This document shows, piece by piece, positions 57,840 to 64,000 of a DNA stretch of 64,000 bases. The translations under genes and the position numbers were made by a program. A model generated the notes under the pieces. That model had not been told where the DNA came from and searched no databases. It was given only the letters and a program-made list of their open reading frames with translations. Within the stretch, counting starts at the first letter, position 1; each line of letters begins with the position of its first letter. Source of the DNA: a virus (Duplodnaviria; Caudoviricetes); the IMG/VR virus record IMGVR_UViG_2935054407_000001, positions 1 to 64,000 of that record; one strand, 5' to 3'.

Positions 57840-58683
57840 GCGCCGGAATCATGCCGGTGTGAAAGACGGCTTCCTTGATCGAGGTGGCCTTCTCAAGCAG
57901 CGGCTCGACGACGGCCATGTCCAGCGAGATCGCGAATTCCTTGACGGCCTGGTTGCTCTTGTACTCATACAAAAAGGTCCCGCGCCGGACCCCCAGGCCC
58001 ATGAGGCGCATCGTGATGTAGAGGTAGATCTGGAGCTGGCGGACGTGCGACGGCAGCGGCTCCTGAAGGTCGGCCCACAGGCCGTCCAGGTCGTAGAGCT
58101 TCTTCCCAGCCTCATCGCTGGCGAAATACCACTCCTTGAGCACCTCGGGCGCGTCCATGCGAAGCGTTCCCATGCCGATGGTCTTGATCTCGATCAGCCG
58201 GGCCTTCTCCAGAAGCATGCCGTCGGAGTGGCCCTCGATCAGGAATTCCTTCTCGGCCCGGATCGGCACCTCGGCATACGTCACCGCGAAGGACCAGCAG
58301 CGCGGACACTGCTTGGGGTCAAGACGCAGGTCGGTGACATGGCCACAGTGCAGGCACTTCCACTGGCCATACAGGTCGCCGCTCAGCCTCAGCCAATTCT
58401 GCCATTTGTCATGCAGAGCGTGGCCGGTGGCGAAAATGCTCTCCATCTGGAAGTTGAAATCTGGCCGGGCAGGCATCTTGCCAGCGCGGGCATCCACGAT
58501 CCGGTAGTACGTGGAGCGGGCGCACCAATCATCCTTGGCCATCTCGGAGGGGTGGATGACGTCGGCACGCCGGTCGGTCGGCTTGAGCAGCTCGGCCGCG
58601 ACGTTCTCTGAGATGTCTCCCAGGACGTCCCAGTGCGTTCCCTTGCGCCTGCTGATCTCGGCGAGAGTGCCGCTCAGCTTTAT
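57535..58683 (-). CDS. Cas4/RecB-like PD-(D/E)XK exonuclease
   Basis: HPSEM..WC.R, GHSDG, IEIKT, QLQIY, CTDCPYFSRC; start uncertain. Confidence 0.85.
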   Translation of the reverse strand: MKLSGTLAEISRRKGTHWDVLGDISENVAAELLKPTDRRADVIHPSEMAKDDWCARSTYYRIVDARAGKMPARPDFNFQMESIFATGHALHDKWQNWLRLSGDLYGQWKCLHCGHVTDLRLDPKQCPRCWSFAVTYAEVPIRAEKEFLIEGHSDGMLLEKARLIEIKTIGMGTLRMDAPEVLKEWYFASDEAGKKLYDLDGLWADLQEPLPSHVRQLQIYLYITMRLMGLGVRRGTFLYEYKSNQAVKEFAISLDMAVVEPLLEKATSIKEAVFHTGMIPAREFARDSKTCTDCPYFSRCWSDVAPDQPNTEPAGADQPGQPAGTARAGKSRTGAARAARRVPAATAEGPDGAVGRRADGAVQPPQRMGRLRREPTGIGGDR

Positions 58684-59069
58684 GGCTGGTCGTCTTCCTC
58701 GTCCGCTGCCGCTGCCAGAATTTCCTCTTCCGGTGCGTCCGGTTCTGTTGGCGGGTGCCATTCCCATTCCACCTCCTTCAGGGGGATCCCGTCGGCCTTG
58801 GCCTCTTGCCGCAATTTGTGCCGGTCGTGAGGAAGCATTCCGCCCCACACGCCCGCGCTTTCGTTATTGACACAAGCAAATCGAAGGCAGTAATCCCGGA
58901 CCGGGCAAGGGCCTTCGTAGATGTCACTGCCGTTGCAGACCCCCAAAACCTCGTCGTACTGCGAGGTGTCGAACCAGGGATCTTCCTTCTCGCTCGGCCG
59001 AGCGTGCCGCACGCATCGCGCACCGCGTCCGGCCCAGTCGATCGATGGGATTCGGAGCCGCAGAACCAC
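58680..59069 (-). CDS. whiB: WhiB-family transcription factor
   Basis: C...DPWF...VC...CPVRDYC..FA...GVWGG. Confidence 0.9.
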   Translation of the reverse strand: MVLRLRIPSIDWAGRGARCVRHARPSEKEDPWFDTSQYDEVLGVCNGSDIYEGPCPVRDYCLRFACVNNESAGVWGGMLPHDRHKLRQEAKADGIPLKEVEWEWHPPTEPDAPEEEILAAAADEEDDQP

Positions 59070-59371
59070 TACTCACCGACCAGCTCGTGCAAGTCCTCGT
59101 CGGCGATGACGTCCCACTTTCGGCCGCACATCTCGATTTGGAACATCATGGTCCGGCCGTCCAGGAGAGCGATCTTCTCCGCTTCCCTCAGCTCCTTGTC
59201 GGTGAGCCGATAGGAGGCGGCGGAGGTGGTCTTGCACTCGATGGAGAAACGCGCGGAGCGCACGTCGTTCTTTCGCACCCAGCCGTTTCCAGAACCCGAG
59301 TTTTGCGTGCCGCCCCATTTCTTGGCCGTGCTCTTCTCCTGGGACTGAGACGCCTTGTGGATTTCGCTCAT
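59069..59371 (-). CDS. PD-(D/E)XK Holliday junction resolvase-like protein
   Basis: SGSGNGWVRKNDVR...IECKTT. Confidence 0.75.
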   Translation of the reverse strand: MSEIHKASQSQEKSTAKKWGGTQNSGSGNGWVRKNDVRSARFSIECKTTSAASYRLTDKELREAEKIALLDGRTMMFQIEMCGRKWDVIADEDLHELVGE

Positions 59372-59601
59372 GCCGCGCTCCAGAGCGCCGGGAGTTCAGC
59401 GGGACGTGCGAATCCCCAGATTTTCTGGTTCCCGGACTCCGACAGCACCGTCATGCCGATGCTCTCGGGGTCCTGGCAGCCGGTGGCCTGCCGCTGGTGT
59501 GCGTCGAAGGTGCTGACGCTGGAGAAGGTCAGGTGACAGCCAGCACAGTGAGCGCGGGAAGTCCCGCTCCACTTCGCAGGACAGCCTCCACAGGTGAGCA
59601 T
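59368..59601 (-). CDS. FDXHR-type Zn-binding phage protein
   Basis: CGGC..W....AHCAGCHLTFSSVSTFDAHQ. Confidence 0.75.
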   Translation of the reverse strand: MLTCGGCPAKWSGTSRAHCAGCHLTFSSVSTFDAHQRQATGCQDPESIGMTVLSESGNQKIWGFARPAELPALWSAA

Positions 59602-59716
59602 CAGAACATCACCAGCACGAGGACGAGCAGGACGATGGCGAGCAGAGCGATGGTGCCGCCGACAGCAGCCAGGAAGAAGCGGTTCTCCTTGTCCACCTGG
59701 TCTTGACGGTGGGCGC

Positions 59717-59992
59717 TCATCGAGCCACCTCCGGGTGGGGGTGGCCGTAGTCACATGACACCGATCCCTCGCGGTAGCCGGTGTAGGTGATGCAGGTGAC
59801 GTACCAGCCGTCCGACAGTTGGACCTGGTGCTCGCCCCAGTTCTGTGTGCCAGCCGCGTCGGTGGTGGTGCTCATCCAGCTCGTGTGGACGCGCGTCTGA
59901 TTCGGCTCCGTGGTGGCAGCCTGGGGGGTCGCGCACGAGGCGAGGCCCAGGAGGGCGCCAGTGGCGGCGGCGATCAGCAGTCCGGTCTTCAC
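59717..59992 (-). CDS. Putative lipoprotein
   Basis: LASC lipobox. Confidence 0.6.
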   Translation of the reverse strand: MKTGLLIAAATGALLGLASCATPQAATTEPNQTRVHTSWMSTTTDAAGTQNWGEHQVQLSDGWYVTCITYTGYREGSVSCDYGHPHPEVAR

Positions 59993-60112
59993 GTCCGGTC
60001 CCTCCAAAAGCACATGTAGTAGAAGGCCAGAAGGAAGACGAGGAAAGCGCTGAAGCGCAGCAAGGAGGCCAGCTCAGGATCCATCACTTGCCCGCTTTCA
60101 CGGTCGGGGCCG

Positions 60113-60553
60113 TCACGGCTGCCAGTCCAACGATGAGAGCGCGCTCCACGAGGGGTCCTCCATGATCTGGTTGAGTAGTTCGATCGCCTGGCGGCGGAAG
60201 TCTTCGGTCTTGTTCGGCTCGCCGGACGGCCACTGAAGGACTTTGAGGTAGTCCCGCATCGCGCGGGCGTTGTGCTTCCAGGCGATGTCCCGGCGAATCG
60301 CGGCTAGGAGTTGGTCGGCCTGTTCCTGGGTTCGGCAGACGGCGGCGAGGTAGCAACCGGAGCAGCCCGCTAGGTTGACCACGCCGTACAGGCCCAGCGC
60401 GGAGCGGAGCAGGAGACGGGTGTTGCCTCGGTAGAAGCCGTCTTCGACACGGAGGAGCACGTCATGTCCGAGGACGCGGATGAACTCCTCCAGGCCCCCG
60501 AATTCGTCGGCCCACTCCAGCTCGCTCACTGAACGCTTTTCCAGAGGATCCAC
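60113..60553 (-). CDS. Hypothetical protein
   Basis: ORF downstream of recA. Confidence 0.55.
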   Translation of the reverse strand: MDPLEKRSVSELEWADEFGGLEEFIRVLGHDVLLRVEDGFYRGNTRLLLRSALGLYGVVNLAGCSGCYLAAVCRTQEQADQLLAAIRRDIAWKHNARAMRDYLKVLQWPSGEPNKTEDFRRQAIELLNQIMEDPSWSALSSLDWQP

Positions 60554-60623
60554 AGGCCGAGCAGGAAGGAGATGAAGTAGAAAACGCCTACGACCGCGAA
60601 GAAGCCGACGGTGATATCCCAGA

Positions 60624-61697
60624 TCATGCTGATTCCAGCTCTCTCATGCGCTCGGAGTCGGGCTTGGCCGCCTCGATGAGGATTTTTGCCCGCAGTTCTT
60701 CCTGGAGATCGACCTCTTCGCGGATGCTGGCAAGAAGCTCGTCTTTGCCCTTCCACTTTCGATCGCCGTAGGTGTAGATGGCCCCGCCGCGCCGGATGAC
60801 GTCGTACAGGACGGCGTACACTAGGAATTCCTTGGCGAGGTCGTAGTCCCCGACGGAGAAACCCAGAACAGGGGCGTCACCGAAGTAGAAGTCCACGCTC
60901 GCGATCCTCTGCGGGGGCGCGGATTTGTTCTTCACGGTCTTCAGTTTGATGACCTGGCCGACGCGTACCTTGCCCTTTCCAGGGCGGGCCTCGTCGATGA
61001 ACTCGTCTCGCGTGATCTCGACCCGGCACCAAAAACTGTAGTTCTTGGCCTTGCCTCCGGGACTCGTTTTCGGCGTGCCTCGGGGGCTGTACTGGCCGAT
61101 CGCATCACGCCACTGGTTGATGAAGAAGCAGGTGATGGCGCGGTCGTTTCCGTCCATGCTGCGGATCATCGCTTCGCCGACTTTCCGGAAGAACTTCCCG
61201 GTCAGTCTCGCGCCGACCGCCATGACTGCCTCCGCCATGTCCTTTTCGGCTTCCTCAGAAGCGACCAGGGCAGGGTAGGAGTCCAGGACGATGCAGTCCA
61301 CGGTGCGCGATGCGGCGAATTCCAGAATGGTCTGGTAGGCGAATTCCATAGCCTGCGTGGGGATTACAATGACACGGTCATTGTCCACGCCCAGCTCTTC
61401 AGCGCGTTCCTTGTTGTAGTGCTCGGCGGCGATCCAGAGCGTAGTAAACGCGGGATCGAGAGCCTGGTTGGCAGCGATCGTCTTGAGGACAATCGTCGTC
61501 TTACCGTGGCTTTCCTGTCCGATGATCTCGGTCCACTTGTTGACGGGCCAGCCGCCGCCGAGCGCTACGTCCAGGGCGAGGGACCCGCTCGTGATGTACG
61601 AGCCCGCAGCAATGTTGGAAGCCAGGGTGATGGAATTCTCCCCATGCGCCTTCCGAACCTTTGCGATCAGAGCGAGCGCATCACTATCGAGTCCCAA
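60624..61697 (-). CDS. recA: RecA recombinase (phage type)
   Basis: TSGSLALDVALGGGWP, GQESHGKTT, VLDS, FINQWR, PGGKA, KNK. Confidence 0.93.
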   Translation of the reverse strand: MGLDSDALALIAKVRKAHGENSITLASNIAAGSYITSGSLALDVALGGGWPVNKWTEIIGQESHGKTTIVLKTIAANQALDPAFTTLWIAAEHYNKERAEELGVDNDRVIVIPTQAMEFAYQTILEFAASRTVDCIVLDSYPALVASEEAEKDMAEAVMAVGARLTGKFFRKVGEAMIRSMDGNDRAITCFFINQWRDAIGQYSPRGTPKTSPGGKAKNYSFWCRVEITRDEFIDEARPGKGKVRVGQVIKLKTVKNKSAPPQRIASVDFYFGDAPVLGFSVGDYDLAKEFLVYAVLYDVIRRGGAIYTYGDRKWKGKDELLASIREEVDLQEELRAKILIEAAKPDSERMRELESA

Positions 61698-61830
61698 TTT
61701 ACTTCCCCTCAGGAGGTGTACGTATCTACGCTATGAGGTCGAAGTGGGGCATCTCCACTAACCTAGTAACTGGTTAAATGGGAAAATCCCCGCACGGCGA
61801 GCACGGGGATTCTCAGGGAAATGGCTGTGA

Positions 61831-63957
61831 TTACCTCACATCGCACCCGTCGGCAGTGCAGGCGAACTCCTGGCTTCCGGTGGTGCCGTCCTCGTTCTCG
61901 TAGAAGATCAGGTCGGCCCAGCGGACATCCGGCATGGCCGCGACGGCGGCTTCGTACTCCTCCTTGGTGATCTCCTGGTAGGGGGCCTGCGCGTAGGTGT
62001 GATCGCTGAAGGGGAGGAAGGCGACGCCGGACAGGTCGGCGCGGTGCGTCCAGACCCATTCGCGGACCGTGTCCCACTCGTAGGTGAAGGAAATCAGGGA
62101 GCGCAGGTGGTCCAGGATGAGCGTGCCGCTCGTGGGGTCGTAGTCTTTGAGCAGGTCCGGATTCTCGCCGACCATCTGCATGATCGTGACCTTGTCCTCC
62201 ACGGACAGCGCACTCGCGATGAGCCGCAGCGCGAGGTCTTCGGGGAAGGGGCCGGGGTCGGTGATGGTCGCGCCGCGCACGCTGACGGTGATGGACGGCT
62301 TGTGCTCGCACCAGTGCTTCTGGAACGCCAGCCACAGCTCCAGGTGCTCGATGGCGGTCATCTTGTCGCGCGTCAGCGCACCGGCCGGGGCCTTCATGGG
62401 GAAGGTGAAGACCCAGTTGCTCGGCTGCATGACGTCGCGCTCGTGCGGAATTCCGGCGTCGATCATCATGGCGGCCAGCGGGTCCCTCTCATCAGCGCGG
62501 ACGGTCCGCAGGTAGTACTCCGCGTGGTAGCCGTGGATGCCTGCCGAGACGCCTGCGGCGGAGGAGGCGGTGCCGGAGGGCTTGACGCAGGTGGCGGCGG
62601 CGGAGGCGGGGATGCCGATGCTCTCAGCCAGATTGAGGTTGACCCAGCGGACCTCCTCGCGCAGGTCCTCCAGCTCGTCCCAGGCCCAGGGGTCTCCCTG
62701 ACCGGCGGCTACCAAGTTCGCGGAGTTGACGATGCCGGTCTGGGAGACGCCCAGCAGCCTCTCTTCTTCCGCGTTCAGGATCCACTCGCGCCGGACGAAG
62801 TGGAAGTCCGTCAAGGTGGCCTGCCAGGTGCCGAGAATCGCCGCGAGTCGGGCCTTGCGCAGCAGGTCGTTATGGGTGTCGGTGGCCTGGACGACGATCT
62901 CAGACAGATTGCACAGGCCGTAGGGGCGCATGACGATCTCGCTACAGGGGTTGACCCCGTACTCGATGTCAGCGCTCCGGCGGCCCCAGCGCGAGGCGGT
63001 CCGGCGCAGGGCATCACGGTTGATCAGGCCACGCTCACCGCTGCCGCTGGCGACGAGGTTGTCCCACTCGGCGTCGAACTGCGGGCGGGTGATGGTGTCA
63101 TCGATGACCGCGCTGTTGTTGGCCAGGGCGCGATGGGGAGAGGCCACCCACCACTCCCCCGATTTCGCGGTGGCCATCTCGGAATCGTCCAGGTCCGACA
63201 GCGAGATCATCGCCGACCGGCGCACGCCGCCCACGACGACGACGGACGCCACCTTGCAGGCCAGATCGTGGACTTCGAGGCTCGTGAGTCGGCGGCCTCG
63301 CGCGGTGTGGAGCAAGTTGGCCGTGTAGGAGAAGAGCTGGCGCAGCGGCTCGGGGCCAGAGGCGCGGCCACCGAACGTCTTCAGTCGGGAACCGGCCGGG
63401 CGAATGAGCGACAGGTCACAATGGGGCACCTCACCCCTGGTCCAGACGGCCTGCAAGAAAGTGCGGAAAGCGATGGCCCAGCCTTCCTTGCTGTCGTCCA
63501 CGATGATGGTGGTTCCAGGCGAGATGTTGAAATTCTTCGCGACGGGCGGGAGCTTGCTCACATACCGGTTCTCCACCGAAAATCCCACGCCGGTACCGCA
63601 CATGAGGATGTAGAGGATCTCGCTGAAAGACTCCATGTCCGCGATCGGCAGGTACGCGCAGTTGTACGCCGCCAGGTTCTCACGCTTCAGCGCCGGACCG
63701 GCCGTCATAAGGGCACGCATGCTCGGGAGGACTTCCATCTCCCGAATTGCCTCGCGAACCTCGTGGTAGTCGTCGCTCGGGACCACGTAACCGAACTTCT
63801 CCATCAGGTGCGTGGACATGAAGGTCATGTAGCGGTCCACGGTTTCCGCCCACGTCTCGCGACGGCCTTCCTCTTCCAGCCACCTCGCGTAGCGGGAAAG
63901 GACGATGTAGTTGCGGAATGGATCCTTCAGGGAGCCATCGGCGTTAAGAATGGTCAC
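61831..63957 (-). CDS. nrdJ: Class II (adenosylcobalamin) ribonucleotide reductase
   Basis: PSMRALMTAG, YNC, GGVRRSA, NPCSEI, CNLSE, TCVKPSGT, C-terminal CTADGC. Confidence 0.93.
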   Translation of the reverse strand: MTILNADGSLKDPFRNYIVLSRYARWLEEEGRRETWAETVDRYMTFMSTHLMEKFGYVVPSDDYHEVREAIREMEVLPSMRALMTAGPALKRENLAAYNCAYLPIADMESFSEILYILMCGTGVGFSVENRYVSKLPPVAKNFNISPGTTIIVDDSKEGWAIAFRTFLQAVWTRGEVPHCDLSLIRPAGSRLKTFGGRASGPEPLRQLFSYTANLLHTARGRRLTSLEVHDLACKVASVVVVGGVRRSAMISLSDLDDSEMATAKSGEWWVASPHRALANNSAVIDDTITRPQFDAEWDNLVASGSGERGLINRDALRRTASRWGRRSADIEYGVNPCSEIVMRPYGLCNLSEIVVQATDTHNDLLRKARLAAILGTWQATLTDFHFVRREWILNAEEERLLGVSQTGIVNSANLVAAGQGDPWAWDELEDLREEVRWVNLNLAESIGIPASAAATCVKPSGTASSAAGVSAGIHGYHAEYYLRTVRADERDPLAAMMIDAGIPHERDVMQPSNWVFTFPMKAPAGALTRDKMTAIEHLELWLAFQKHWCEHKPSITVSVRGATITDPGPFPEDLALRLIASALSVEDKVTIMQMVGENPDLLKDYDPTSGTLILDHLRSLISFTYEWDTVREWVWTHRADLSGVAFLPFSDHTYAQAPYQEITKEEYEAAVAAMPDVRWADLIFYENEDGTTGSQEFACTADGCDVR

Positions 63958-64000
63958 AGAAAGCGGCTTTCTCTACGAAATTGCGGGGGGTTAGCGAACC

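Larger units (their letters stand above)
1..64000. mobile_element. Segment of a large temperate actinophage / phage-like element
   Basis: Integrase, xis, endolysin, DNA metabolism cluster and dense small coupled ORFs; no host housekeeping operons seen. Confidence 0.85.

Noticed and set aside
57535-58683. Cas4 as evidence of a CRISPR system
   Set aside because: Stand-alone Cas4-like nucleases next to recA are ordinary phage recombination genes
62083-62274. Intein in NrdJ
   Set aside because: Too short and lacks splicing motifs

Overview
High-GC actinobacterial (Streptosporangiales/Streptomycetales-like) DNA. The whole window looks like part of a large temperate phage or phage-like element; no capsid, tail or terminase genes were recognised. 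Left arm (1-25 kb): tyrosine integrase, tRNA-Pro(GGG), PD-(D/E)XK nuclease, two excisionase-like HTH genes, a second Xer-like recombinase, two Lsr2 homologues, a TrmB/LuxR regulator, an HATPase/XRE/DUF397 module and a GntR regulator. Centre (25-44.9 kb): about 1.9 kb of non-coding DNA with a consensus promoter and an ~850-nt structured leader, then a long rightward early-type operon of small genes (DUF932, ArdA-like, TGT/DpdA-like). Right arm (44.9-64 kb, minus strand): TGT-like protein, nucleotidyltransferase, endolysin, SpoVS, RuvC, dNMP kinase, ThyX, Cas4-like nuclease, WhiB, RecA and class II RNR. Main discovery: five type II hammerhead ribozymes with intact cores and covarying stems and pseudoknot sit between genes of the early operon. 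Four carry a ~15-nt motif, GTCTTTCACAC(C/A)GG, in stem-loop III. That motif occurs 15 times in the window, always co-oriented with transcription. Other junctions carry repeated long hairpins. Together these suggest an RNA-encoded operon-processing system. All calls are by eye; no searches or folding programs were run.
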